In this document: one piece after another, positions 46,709 to 56,369 of the stretch | How the letters are laid out: each line of letters starts with the position of its first letter | Position numbering within the stretch: the stretch's first letter is position 1 | NCBI GenBank assembly: GCA_015231795.1 | Contig: JADGAX010000002.1 | Span: forward strand, 593,067 to 657,066 | DNA from: Alphaproteobacteria bacterium | GTDB taxonomy: Bacteria > Pseudomonadota > Alphaproteobacteria > Rhodospirillales > WMHbin7 | Direction: 5' to 3' | Length of the DNA stretch: 64,000 bases | Made by a program: the position numbers and the translations under genes | The notes under the pieces: generated by a model | Database searches by the model: none | Told to the model about the DNA's origin: nothing | The model's input: only the letters and a program-made list of their open reading frames with translations

Positions 46709-47764
46709 ATGGACAACACCAAGCTCAAGCAGGAAATTCAGGAACGCAGGCTTCAGATGCAATCGGCGCCCAAGGAAGGGGTTGCCGGTCAGCACAATAT
46801 GGAAGAGCTGCGCAAATTGCAGCCGCGCTACCGGGGGCTTGAAGCCGGACATCGCGCCTGCCAAGGCTGCGGCGAGGCGCTGGCCGCCCGTCTGGTCACC
46901 GAGGCGGCGGGTCCCGACGTGATCTTGACCAACGCCACCGGCTGTTTGGAAGTGTTCACCACGCCCTGGCCGCAATCGGCTTGGCGTCTGCCCTGGATCC
47001 ATTCCTTGTTCGAGAATTCGGCGGCGGTGGCGTCCGGCGTCGAGGCGGCCTTGAAGGCGCAGGGGCGCTCGACCAAGGTGATCGCCCAGGGCGGCGACGG
47101 CGGCACCTTCGACATCGGCTTTCAGGCCCTGTCGGGCATGCTGGAACGTCAGCACAACATCCTTTATGTCTGTTACGACAACGAAGCCTACATGAACACC
47201 GGCATCCAGCGTTCGGGCAGCACGCCGCACGCCGCCATGACCACCACCAGCCCGCCCGGCAAGGAACGGATGGGCAAGCGGCACATGAAGAAGGACTTGC
47301 TGTCCATCATCGCCGCCCATCACATCCCCTATGCGGCATCGGCTTCGGTAGCCTATCCGGCGGACATCCGCAGGAAAGTGCGCCGCGCCGTTTCCATCGA
47401 AGGCCCCACCTTCTTGCTGATTCACAGCCCGTGCCCGCTGGGCTGGGGCATTGAAAGCGACGTCTCGATCGAGGTGGCCCGTCTGGCCGTGCAAACCGGC
47501 CTGTTCCCGGTCATCGAACTGGAGCGCGGCGAGTTGACCGGCGTCATGCCGATCAGGAATCCCAGGCCGGTGACCGATTATCTGAAGCTGCAAAATCGCT
47601 TCAAGCACCTGTTTACCGACGACCCCAGAGCCAGAAAAGAGCGCGAGCATGTGCAAGCGCTGGCCGATCACAATATCGAGATCTATCAGTTGCGGGGCGA
47701 GGGCGTGGATGCGCTGGACACCGACGGCGCCGATACGGTGCGTCGCGGCGGCGTGGTCGATTGA
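46709..47764 (+). CDS. 2-oxoacid:acceptor oxidoreductase beta subunit (TPP-binding)
   Basis: GHRACQGCG, TGCLEV, TPP motif GGDGGTFDIG...DNEAYMNTG, and SPCPLGW. GAGGAGG RBS. Confidence 0.9.
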   Translation: MDNTKLKQEIQERRLQMQSAPKEGVAGQHNMEELRKLQPRYRGLEAGHRACQGCGEALAARLVTEAAGPDVILTNATGCLEVFTTPWPQSAWRLPWIHSLFENSAAVASGVEAALKAQGRSTKVIAQGGDGGTFDIGFQALSGMLERQHNILYVCYDNEAYMNTGIQRSGSTPHAAMTTTSPPGKERMGKRHMKKDLLSIIAAHHIPYAASASVAYPADIRRKVRRAVSIEGPTFLLIHSPCPLGWGIESDVSIEVARLAVQTGLFPVIELERGELTGVMPIRNPRPVTDYLKLQNRFKHLFTDDPRARKEREHVQALADHNIEIYQLRGEGVDALDTDGADTVRRGGVVD

Positions 47765-47778
47765 GGGAGGGCGGACGG

Positions 47779-49464
47779 ATGAAACAGCTTTCACGCGGCG
47801 CGTTTGCCCTTCCCGGCACATCGCTTGATTTCAAAACCGGCACTTGGCGCAATGAAATGCCGGTTCACACCCATTGGGGCGCGCCCTGCCATGTCGCCTG
47901 CCCGGCGGGCGAGGATGCGCAGGCCTACATCGCCAAGATGATGGAGGGACATCCCAAGCAAGCCTGGGAAATTTTGGTGCAGGCCAATCCGCTGCCCGCC
48001 ACCACGGCCCGCGTCTGCCCGCATTTTTGCGAACAGGCCTGCAACAGAAAGCATATGGATCAGCCGATCGCCATTCATCTGATCGAGCGCTATCTGGGCG
48101 ACGAGGCGATCAAGAACAACTGGGCCTATCCGGTCGACGTAAGCAAGGAAGACGGCGATCCGGTCTGCGTGGTTGGCGCGGGTCCCGCCGGTCTGTCGGC
48201 GGCCTATCATCTGCGCCGCCTGGGCCACCCCGTCACGCTGATCGACAGCCTGCCCGAAGCGGGCGGCTTGTTGCGCACCGCCATTCCGGTGACCCGCCTG
48301 CCCCGCGACGTGCTGGACGCCGAAGTGGGTCGTTTGCTCAAACTGGGCATCGACTTCAAGCCGCGCACGGCGCTTGGCCGCGACGTCAGCCTTGAACAAT
48401 TGATGGGCGAGCATGCCTATCTGTTCTTAGCGCCGGGGGCCGCGAAAAGCCGCCATTGGAGCGTTGACGGCGCGGTGCCCAGCGATCTGCGCGAGGGGCT
48501 TGGCCTATTGAAGGAATGGCTGGTGGTGGGCGACATCCCCAAGCCCAAGTCGGTGGCCATCCATGGCGGCGGCAATACGGCGGTCGATCTGGCCCGCGTG
48601 ATGAAGCGCGCCGGCGTGGCCGACGTGCATGTGATTACCGCTTCCGGCCTGCCCGGTCCCGACGCCGATCCCAAGGATGTGCTGAACGTAGTGCCCAGGG
48701 AATTCGAGCAGGCGGTGGAAGAAGGCATCGTCTTCCATGCGCATCGCACGATTCAGCGTTTGTTGATGCGCGGCTCGAAGTTGGTCGGCCTCGAGATGGT
48801 GCATTTGAAGAAGCTGCCGGGAGCGGGCGGGCGATCCTCGCGCGTTGCCTTCGAAGGCACGGAAACCGTTTTGCATGTCGAGATGGTGGTGCCCGCCATC
48901 GGCGAGGTGGTTGAGCCGCAAGGCTTCGAGAACCTGCTGGGCCATGCCGATTATTTCAAGGCCGATCCCATCGGGCAGATCGCCGGTTCGGATCGCGTGT
49001 TGGTGGGCGGCGATGCCAGGGGCGATCGCGGCACGGTGACGGCGGCCATCGGCGACGGGCGGCTGGCCGCCCTGGCCATTCACGCCAAATTGACCGGCAA
49101 GGAATTGCCCGATCCCAAGCGCCGCCCCTTCATCGATTACGACAAGCTGAACGTCAATTACTTCGAACCTGCGAAACGGGCCGTCGAACCCATGCTGGCG
49201 CTTGAGCAACGCAACGACAGCGACGAGATCGAAGGCGGTCTCAACTACGCACAGGTCACGCACGAGATCGGACGCTGTTTTTCTTGCGGCAACTGTCTGG
49301 CCTGCGACAATTGCTGGACCTTGTGTCCGGACAATGCCGTGATCAAAACGGTGGAGCGGGCGGCCGACGGGTCGCACTATGTATTCGACTATGAATATTG
49401 CAAAGGCTGCGGCCTGTGCGCCCATGAATGCCCCTGCGGCTATATCGGCATGGTGAGCGATTGA
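47779..49464 (+). CDS. DsrL/GltD-like FAD/NAD-binding Fe-S oxidoreductase with a C-terminal 2[4Fe-4S] (POR delta-like) domain
   Basis: APCHVACP, RVCPHFCEQAC, VGAGPAGL, GGGNTAVD, GGDA, then RCFSCGNCLACDNCWTLCPD and CKGCGLCAHECP. Confidence 0.85.
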   Translation: MKQLSRGAFALPGTSLDFKTGTWRNEMPVHTHWGAPCHVACPAGEDAQAYIAKMMEGHPKQAWEILVQANPLPATTARVCPHFCEQACNRKHMDQPIAIHLIERYLGDEAIKNNWAYPVDVSKEDGDPVCVVGAGPAGLSAAYHLRRLGHPVTLIDSLPEAGGLLRTAIPVTRLPRDVLDAEVGRLLKLGIDFKPRTALGRDVSLEQLMGEHAYLFLAPGAAKSRHWSVDGAVPSDLREGLGLLKEWLVVGDIPKPKSVAIHGGGNTAVDLARVMKRAGVADVHVITASGLPGPDADPKDVLNVVPREFEQAVEEGIVFHAHRTIQRLLMRGSKLVGLEMVHLKKLPGAGGRSSRVAFEGTETVLHVEMVVPAIGEVVEPQGFENLLGHADYFKADPIGQIAGSDRVLVGGDARGDRGTVTAAIGDGRLAALAIHAKLTGKELPDPKRRPFIDYDKLNVNYFEPAKRAVEPMLALEQRNDSDEIEGGLNYAQVTHEIGRCFSCGNCLACDNCWTLCPDNAVIKTVERAADGSHYVFDYEYCKGCGLCAHECPCGYIGMVSD

Positions 49465-49544
49465 CCGGGACAGGAGTAGATTCCTTGACTTTCCGGCCCT
49501 GGAACCGCATTCTCGGGCCGTTAGAGCTTGGAAGGAACTAAAGA

Positions 49545-50159
49545 ATGAGTCGTCGTCTGGCAGGATTTCTGGCCGCGCTGGCCGTCATGGCCATAAGCTC
49601 CCCGCTTTGGGCGCAATCGTTGGATGCGCTTCAGGCGCGCCTGTCGGCCCTCTCCTTCGGCACCCTTGATCGCGGCCAGGTGGTCGAAGTTCGCCTGCAA
49701 GACGATTCCGAGGACAACAAGGCGATCAAGGCGGCGTTGGAACAGTCCTTGACCAAGGCGGGCTATCGCCTGACTCCCAATGCCCGCTATGTCCTGTCTT
49801 TCGAGGCCACGAACTCACTGACCGCCAACGATCCCAAGCGCCCCACCGTTTTTTCGGTCGATGGCCACAAGGGAAGCTATGACGATTCCGTGGAAGCCAG
49901 GGTCAAGCTGTTCTCGACCGGCGAAGACAGCGTTTTCAAGCAACGGCCCGACGAAGGCCCGCAGGGCACGGCGGGCAGCGTACGTCTCGATCTGGGCGTG
50001 ATCGACCGGTCGGGCGGCAAGCGTTTGTGGCAGGGCTGGGCGCAGACGCCGGTGCAAACATCGGACACGCTGGCGCTTACCAAATCGCTGGCAGAGCCGC
50101 TGGTCGCCCATCTTGGCCAAGCGGTGAAAAACAAGTCCGTGCCGCTGGTAGCTAAGTAG
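49545..50159 (+). CDS. Exported hypothetical protein (DUF4136-like)
   Basis: Signal peptide ending PLWA, ALEQSLTKAGY and RLWQGWA. AAGGA RBS. Confidence 0.65.
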   Translation: MSRRLAGFLAALAVMAISSPLWAQSLDALQARLSALSFGTLDRGQVVEVRLQDDSEDNKAIKAALEQSLTKAGYRLTPNARYVLSFEATNSLTANDPKRPTVFSVDGHKGSYDDSVEARVKLFSTGEDSVFKQRPDEGPQGTAGSVRLDLGVIDRSGGKRLWQGWAQTPVQTSDTLALTKSLAEPLVAHLGQAVKNKSVPLVAK

Positions 50160-50173
50160 CCCCGCAGATTTTC

Positions 50174-50515
50174 TTACGTCACCAGCTTCAGCTGGTTGTC
50201 GAGCCGTGCCACGACATCCTCGATCCGGTCGGCCTGCAGCAGGCGCTTAGCGCCTTGCGAAACCAGAAACTCGCCGCCCTTGCCCAAGGTTCCCGGTCGG
50301 AACTTCGAGATGGTGTAGGCCGGGCGTTCCAAAGCGCTTTTATAGACGGTGAAGGACGCCATGCCGGGGGCTTGGCGGATGGCGTAATCGCGCCATTCGC
50401 CCCGCTTGACCCGGCGGCTGTACAGGGCCAGCAGCAGGTTCAGTTCAGGGCGCGTGAAGCACACCGCGTCCAGGCGGCGGCGTCTTTCCTCGCTTAAGCG
50501 GACCAGCTTGCTCAT
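50174..50515 (-). CDS. DUF2794 domain-containing protein
   Basis: FTRPELNLLLALYSRRVKRGEWRDYAI and a terminal LKLV. Confidence 0.8.
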   Translation of the reverse strand: MSKLVRLSEERRRRLDAVCFTRPELNLLLALYSRRVKRGEWRDYAIRQAPGMASFTVYKSALERPAYTISKFRPGTLGKGGEFLVSQGAKRLLQADRIEDVVARLDNQLKLVT

Positions 50516-50592
50516 CGTCCGTCCCAAAATTGGCAGGGACAATACTTGACCGGGTGCTTGGCCGCGGTCAATGATTCGAATCTAGAGAAGAA

Positions 50593-50973
50593 TCAGCGGG
50601 TTGGCGTGGGCTGGCGGTTGTAGGCCTCGACTCCCACCGCCTGGGCGCCGTCGCCGTAGGGGTCGGGTTCGCGATAGCAGCTCACTTGGCCCAGCGTGCG
50701 GTAGCAATAGACGTCGGGGCGTTGAATGGGCGGGTTGCGGCTGACGCAGAACTGCCCTTCGTCCTTGGCGCGGATGGTTGAGCAATCCTTGCCGGTAGCG
50801 AGCGAGGCCACATGGTCGGTGGCGGTCTTGCCGGTCGCCACCAGGGAAACCACCTCGACCTGCATCAGGCCGCTGGTGATGGGATATTGGCCGGTCGTCA
50901 TGTCGTAACCGCAGGCCGCCGCCAACAGGGGCAGGAGCAGAATGGCCAGTCTTTTGATGCGCGTTGCCATCAT
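50593..50973 (-). CDS. Hypothetical lipoprotein with four further Cys
   Basis: Lipobox LAAAC after a hydrophobic stretch. TGKTATDHVASLATGKDCS and YCYRTLGQVSCY. Confidence 0.7.
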   Translation of the reverse strand: MMATRIKRLAILLLPLLAAACGYDMTTGQYPITSGLMQVEVVSLVATGKTATDHVASLATGKDCSTIRAKDEGQFCVSRNPPIQRPDVYCYRTLGQVSCYREPDPYGDGAQAVGVEAYNRQPTPTR

Positions 50974-51037
50974 TCGTCACCCTCTTTACCGGCATTAAGA
51001 CTATCAAAGGCCGGTTAAAGAAGACTGAATCAAGCGG

Positions 51038-51613
51038 TTACCTGTTTTGTCCGGGCGCCCACAAGATGTCGTCTTCGCCCTGGCGATTTGCGCTCCTGGC
51101 CAAGACGAAAAGCAGGTCGGACAGACGATTGGCATAGGCCAGGGCCTGGGGATTGATCGGTTCCTCTTCAGCCAGCGCCGCTATCAGCCGTTCGGCCCGG
51201 CGCACCACCGTGCGGGCCAGATGCAAATAAGCCGACGCCGCGCTGCCGCCAGGAAGAATAAAAGATTCCAATGGATTGAGGCTTGCATTCTGCAAGTCGA
51301 TCTCGGCCTCCAAGCGCAGAACCTGGGATGGATCTATCCGCAAGCGAGGCGCAGCATCGTCCTCGGCAGCCTTTGGCGTGCACAGATCGGCCCCCAGATC
51401 GAACAAATCGTTCTGAATACGGGCCAGAATGGCGTCGATCTCGGGCGCATCGGCGCAATGAAGGCGCGCCAGACCCAAAACGGCATTGGCTTCGTCAACT
51501 GTGCCATAGGCTTCGACCCTGAGCGCATGTTTGGCGACCCGCTGGCCGGAACCCAGCGACGTCATGCCCTTGTCGCCGCCCCTGGTGTATATGCGCGTCA
51601 AGCGGACCATCAA
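51038..51613 (-). CDS. pduO: PduO-type ATP:cob(I)alamin adenosyltransferase
   Basis: LTRIYTRGGDKG.T, YGTVDEAN, QNDLFDLGADL, FILPGG, RTVVRRAER and YANRLSDLLF. Confidence 0.92.
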   Translation of the reverse strand: MMVRLTRIYTRGGDKGMTSLGSGQRVAKHALRVEAYGTVDEANAVLGLARLHCADAPEIDAILARIQNDLFDLGADLCTPKAAEDDAAPRLRIDPSQVLRLEAEIDLQNASLNPLESFILPGGSAASAYLHLARTVVRRAERLIAALAEEEPINPQALAYANRLSDLLFVLARSANRQGEDDILWAPGQNR

Positions 51614-51698
51614 TCACGCCTTGCAAAAGAGTAGGTAAGATAACGATATAGCGCTTCCCGGCTTGCCAGGCGAGCCAATTTCGGTCCAATCTCCGCCC

Positions 51699-52805
51699 AT
51701 GATCCGCCTGTCGCCCATCCTAAGCCTCTATATCGGCCGCCAGTTCCTGATGGCCTTTCTCGCCACACTGGCCGTGGTGTCGGGAATCGTGCTCATGTTC
51801 GACGTGATCGAACTGGTGCGCCGCTCTTCGGGCAAGGGATCGGTCAGCTTTTTCACGCTGCTGGAAATGGCGCTCTACAAGCTGCCGCAGATGGTGCAAA
51901 CCCTGCTTCCCTTCGCCGTGATGATCGGGGCGATGGTGGTGTTCTGGCGGCTGACGCGCACGCGTGAACTGGTGGTGACCAGGGCCGCCGGGGTCAGCGT
52001 CTGGCAATTCCTGGCTCCGGTGATGATCCTGGTCTTTTTCATTGGCGTCTTGATGGTGGTGGCCTTCAATCCGCTGGCCTCCAGCCTGTTTGCGCGCTAC
52101 GAGCGCATGCAAGACGAGATTCAAATTCGCTCGTCGAATCCCTTAAGTTTCTCATCGGGCTTCGGTCTGTGGCTGCGCGAGACCAGCGGCAACCGCCAAA
52201 TGATCATTCACGCCAATCAGGTTCGCCAAGATGATCGCAGCCTGGTTCTCGGCAATATCAGCATCTTCCATCTTGAGGATAACCGGTTCACCTTCCGCCA
52301 CGACGCGGCGCGCGGGCGCATCGCCGATCAGCGCATCGATCTCGAGAAAGTGTGGGAGATCGTGCCCGGGCGGCCTTCCGAACCCAGGCCGCACATCACC
52401 TTGCCGACCACGCTGACCATCTCGAAGATCCAGGATAATTTTTCGTCGCCGGAAACCATGTCCTTCTGGGAACTGCCGGGCTTCATCCGCTTTACCGAGG
52501 AATCGGGCTTCTCGGCACAGAAGCACCGCATGTATTTCCAGTCGTTGCTGGCCTCGCCGGTGCTGTTGTGCGCCATGGTGCTGGTGGCCGCCGTCTTTTC
52601 GCTGCGGCCCAACCTGCGCATGGGCGGCGTGATGATCCGCTTGGGCGGCGGCGTGGCCGCCGGATTTCTGTTCTTCTTCTTCTCGAAAGTCGCCTTCGCG
52701 CTAGGCCTTTCCGCCACCTTGCCGCCCACGCTGGCCGCCTGGAGTCCCGCCATGGTGACGCTGCTGGCGGGCCTGTCCACGCTCTTCCATCTCGAGGACG
52801 GATGA
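51699..52805 (+). CDS. lptG: LPS export ABC transporter permease LptG
   Basis: LYIGRQF, KLPQMVQTLLPFAVMIG, RTRELVVTRAAGVSVWQ, GLWLRE and LAAWSP. Confidence 0.85.
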   Translation: MIRLSPILSLYIGRQFLMAFLATLAVVSGIVLMFDVIELVRRSSGKGSVSFFTLLEMALYKLPQMVQTLLPFAVMIGAMVVFWRLTRTRELVVTRAAGVSVWQFLAPVMILVFFIGVLMVVAFNPLASSLFARYERMQDEIQIRSSNPLSFSSGFGLWLRETSGNRQMIIHANQVRQDDRSLVLGNISIFHLEDNRFTFRHDAARGRIADQRIDLEKVWEIVPGRPSEPRPHITLPTTLTISKIQDNFSSPETMSFWELPGFIRFTEESGFSAQKHRMYFQSLLASPVLLCAMVLVAAVFSLRPNLRMGGVMIRLGGGVAAGFLFFFFSKVAFALGLSATLPPTLAAWSPAMVTLLAGLSTLFHLEDG

Positions 52806-54280
52806 TGAACGCGCCCAGCGCAACGGCAGGACGCTTGGCCTTGCCGATCTTTCTGTTCGCGGCCGCCGCCGTTACCGGCTGGCGCTTTCTGGTGCTGTCC
52901 GCCAGCCCCCTGAATCTGTCCTTTGACGAAGCGCAATATTGGCTGTGGTCGCTGTCGCCCGACTGGGGCTATTACTCGAAACCGCCCTTCGTGGCATGGT
53001 CGATCGCGCTGGCCCAGGGCGTTTGCGGCGAAGGCGAGGCGTGCATCCGCATGCCGTCTTCGGTCGCCTACGCCATCGGCTCGGTCTTCGTCTTTCTGGC
53101 CGCCCGCCATCAATGGGGCAATCAGGTGGCCTTCTGGTCGGGTCTGGCCTTTCTGACCCTGCCCGGCGTCGCCTATTCCTCGATGCTGGTCACCACCGAT
53201 CCCCCGCTTTTGATGTTCTGGGCAATGGCCCTCTACGCCGTTGTGCGCGCGCAAGACAGCGACCGACCGATAGGCTGGTGGGCGCTGCTGGGCGTCGCCA
53301 TGGGGTTGGGCCTGTTGTCGAAATACGCCATGATCTTGTTTGCGCTGTCGCTGGCGCTGTATTTGGGCTTTACGAGCCAAGCGCGCCAGCAGGCTGGTTG
53401 GCGCGGCCCTGCCCTGGCGGGCTTGCTCGCCCTGCTTTTATACCTGCCCAATTTCTTTTGGAACGCCGCCAACGGCTTCGCCAGCTATCTGCACACCAAG
53501 GACAACGCCAATCTGGCGGGTCCCTTGTTTCATCCGGAAAAGATGGCTGAATTCGTCGGCTCGCAATTTGCCGTTTTCGGCCCCTTGCTGTTCGCGTCCC
53601 TGCTTGTCTTTCTGATTCTCGTCAAGACAAGCGCCAAGGACGCACGGCTTCGCCTGCTGGCCTTTCTAACGCTGCCCATCTTGCTGCTGATGATCGTGGA
53701 AAGCCTGCTGTCCAGGGCCAATGCGAATTGGGCGGCCCCCTCCTATGTGGCGGGTTCCGTTTTGGTCACCGCATGGCTGGCCCAAAAAAACCGGCTGGGT
53801 CTGGTTCGCCTGTCCGTCGTGCTGCATATGACGCTGGCCACCCTGGTCTATAATTACGAACAGGCCTTGTCCCTGCTGGGCCTGCCGCTGGACGCCAAGA
53901 CCGACATCGCCAAGCGCCTGAAAGGCTGGCCCGAGGCGGGGGCAAGGGTTGCGGAGTTGCTGGGCCAGCATCCGGGCGCCGTTCTCATGAGCGACGACCG
54001 CAAGCTGATGGCCTCGCTCAGCTATTATGCGCGCCCGCGATCGCTGGCCGCCGTCAAATGGAACCCAACCGGGCGCGTGCGCGACACGTTCGATCTGAAC
54101 GCCAGCTTCAAGGGGAACAGCGAAAGCCAGCTTGTCTTCGTGACCGAGCGAGAAACCATTCCGGAAATCGCACAATCATTTGACGCAGCCGATGCGTTGG
54201 GCCTTATTCGCCAGCCCATTCATCCTGGCTATTCCATCGACATGCACGTCTTTCTTCTGACGGGTTACAAGGGCCGCTGA
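52802..54280 (+). CDS. GT39/ArnT-family lipid A glycosyltransferase, RgtD-like
   Basis: LSFDEAQYW.WS..PDWGYYSKPP, TTDPPLL, LSKYAM and ANANWAAP. ATG overlaps the lptG stop. Confidence 0.85.
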   Translation: MMNAPSATAGRLALPIFLFAAAAVTGWRFLVLSASPLNLSFDEAQYWLWSLSPDWGYYSKPPFVAWSIALAQGVCGEGEACIRMPSSVAYAIGSVFVFLAARHQWGNQVAFWSGLAFLTLPGVAYSSMLVTTDPPLLMFWAMALYAVVRAQDSDRPIGWWALLGVAMGLGLLSKYAMILFALSLALYLGFTSQARQQAGWRGPALAGLLALLLYLPNFFWNAANGFASYLHTKDNANLAGPLFHPEKMAEFVGSQFAVFGPLLFASLLVFLILVKTSAKDARLRLLAFLTLPILLLMIVESLLSRANANWAAPSYVAGSVLVTAWLAQKNRLGLVRLSVVLHMTLATLVYNYEQALSLLGLPLDAKTDIAKRLKGWPEAGARVAELLGQHPGAVLMSDDRKLMASLSYYARPRSLAAVKWNPTGRVRDTFDLNASFKGNSESQLVFVTERETIPEIAQSFDAADALGLIRQPIHPGYSIDMHVFLLTGYKGR

Positions 54281-54281
54281 C

Positions 54282-54944
54282 GTGACGCGACACATTCCCT
54301 ACTCCATCCTCGCTGTGATGATTCTGCTGGCCTTCACGCCGGGTTTCGACCTGTTTTTCACCGGCCTGTTTCACAATGAGACGGAATGGTTTTTCTGGCG
54401 TTACGCGCTGCCGTTGGAATTCGTGCGCAAGGCCCTGCCCACCTTGATCATCGGCGTGGGCGTGTTCTTGCTGCTGATCGGCCTAGCCAATCTTTGGCTG
54501 AAGGACAACATCTTCAACATGACGCGCCGCGCCATGGCCTATCTGCTGTTGACCATTCTTCTGGGGCCGGGCCTGATCGTCAATCTTCTGTTCAAGGAAC
54601 ATTGGGGCCGGGCGCGGCCAACCACCATCGTCGAGTTCGGCGGCAGGCAGAATTTCACTCCGCCCTTCGTGATGACCGATCAATGCGACGGCAATTGCTC
54701 CTTCGCCTCCGGCCATGCGGCGATCGCCTTTTGGACCTTTGCCCTGGCCATGCTGCTGCCGCCCGCCTGGCGCGTGCGGGCGGGATGGGCCGCCATCTGT
54801 TTCGGTTTTCTGATCGGACTGGTGCGCGTGATCCAGGGTGCGCACTTCTACAGCGACGTGATGTCGGCTGGAATCGTCACCGTGGGGGTCGCCCTGGCGC
54901 TTAGGCCGTTGCTTAAATCTGGGACTGGGACGCCTCGAGCGTGA
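54282..54944 (+). CDS. PAP2 phosphatase, lipid A 4'-phosphatase (LpxF)-like
   Basis: LIVNLLFKEHWGRARP, CSFASGH and RVIQGAHFYSD. GTG start 1 nt after the GT39 stop. Confidence 0.78.
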   Translation: MTRHIPYSILAVMILLAFTPGFDLFFTGLFHNETEWFFWRYALPLEFVRKALPTLIIGVGVFLLLIGLANLWLKDNIFNMTRRAMAYLLLTILLGPGLIVNLLFKEHWGRARPTTIVEFGGRQNFTPPFVMTDQCDGNCSFASGHAAIAFWTFALAMLLPPAWRVRAGWAAICFGFLIGLVRVIQGAHFYSDVMSAGIVTVGVALALRPLLKSGTGTPRA

Positions 54945-56208
54945 AGTAGAAAACGCTGCCCTGGCCCGGCGTGGATTCAACCCAGATTTCGCCGCCATGC
55001 CGCTCGGCGATGCGCTTGCAGACGGCCAGCCCGATGCCTGATCCGGGCACATGGCCGTGCGGATCGATGCGTTGGAACAAGGTGAACAGACGCTCGAACT
55101 GGTGGCGCTCGATGCCGACGCCGTTGTCGGCGATGGAAAACAGCCAGCGCTTGCCCACCGCGCGTGCCGCAATGCGGATCAGGGGCTTGCGCTCGGGGTG
55201 GCGGTATTTTAAGGCGTTGCCCAGCAGGTTCTGAAACAGGCTGACCAACTGCATGCGGTCCGCCAGAACGCCGGGCATGGTCTCGATATGGATTTCGGCA
55301 GCGCATTCCTGGATGGCGGCTTCTAGGTTGGCCAGCGCGTCCTTCAGGACTTCGCCGCTGTCGACCGGCTCGGGCGCTTGGCCCTGGGTGGTGATGCGCG
55401 AGAAGGACAGCAAGTCGCGGATCATGCTGGACAGGCGGGCGACGCCGTCTGTTGCGAAACCGATGAAGGTGTCGGCGTCCTCGTCCAGCCTGCCTTTGTA
55501 TTTGCGCGCCAGCATCTGAACGTAATTGCCGATGTTGCGCAGCGGCTCTTGCAGGTCATGCGAGATGACGTAGGCGAAGCGCTCGAGATCCTCGTTCGAG
55601 CGGGCCAGTTCATCGGTGCGCAGGGCCAAGATCCGTTCGGCCTCCTTGCGGCTGCTGATGTCGAGCACGGCGGACAAGCACATCGGACCCAGGCCGGAAC
55701 GCTCGTCTTCCATAAGCGACGACTGCAAGATGACCGGCATCGCAGGCGCTTCCGGCGTTTTCAGCGTCAGTTCGATCTGTCCGCCGAACCCTTGGAATAT
55801 CTGGGCCAGATGGTGCTCGAAGCCGGGGCGGAATTCAGGCTCGATAAAGGCCGACAGCGGCATGCCGTGCAACGTTTCCGGTTGGTTGCATAGCAGGGCG
55901 GCCCCCATGGCGTTCACTTCTCGCAGAAAGCCATGCTCGTCGATCAGGAGATAGCCGATGGGAGAATTGTTGAACAGGCTGGCATAGCGCCACAGCGCCA
56001 GTTCCAAACAGCGTTGCGCTTCGCACAATTCGCTGTCCTTGGCCTGCAGCCTGTCTTGACAATGATCGATGCCTGAAAGCGTGCGCAAGAACGCGTCGCC
56101 GGTTTCGCGCTCGACGCGTTCCTTGGCTTCATATTCGCTCAGCCTCGCCTTCAGGCAAGCCAGCTCGGCTTGCAGTTCCTGACGGCTCTTTGGCACCGAC
56201 ACGTCCAT
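54913..56208 (-). CDS. Cytoplasmic PAS sensor histidine kinase (Cph1-like transmitter)
   Basis: N-terminal coiled coil, YASLFNNSPIGY (PAS), ISHDLQEPLR, FQNLLGNALKY, DNGVGI and GSGIGLAVC. Confidence 0.88.
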   Translation of the reverse strand: MDVSVPKSRQELQAELACLKARLSEYEAKERVERETGDAFLRTLSGIDHCQDRLQAKDSELCEAQRCLELALWRYASLFNNSPIGYLLIDEHGFLREVNAMGAALLCNQPETLHGMPLSAFIEPEFRPGFEHHLAQIFQGFGGQIELTLKTPEAPAMPVILQSSLMEDERSGLGPMCLSAVLDISSRKEAERILALRTDELARSNEDLERFAYVISHDLQEPLRNIGNYVQMLARKYKGRLDEDADTFIGFATDGVARLSSMIRDLLSFSRITTQGQAPEPVDSGEVLKDALANLEAAIQECAAEIHIETMPGVLADRMQLVSLFQNLLGNALKYRHPERKPLIRIAARAVGKRWLFSIADNGVGIERHQFERLFTLFQRIDPHGHVPGSGIGLAVCKRIAERHGGEIWVESTPGQGSVFYFTLEASQSQI

Positions 56209-56369
56209 GGGGCTGGCCCCACTCCTGGTCATGACAACGATATGAAGGTGTGTCGAGACTGTCCCCACAACCCCTCGTAGGGGCGGCACTTTACAGTGGT
56301 GCATTCCTCTTGTCACCTGCCGTTCTTTCTAACTATTGACCGAAGGGGGCGCAATGAGGATGCTCACCC

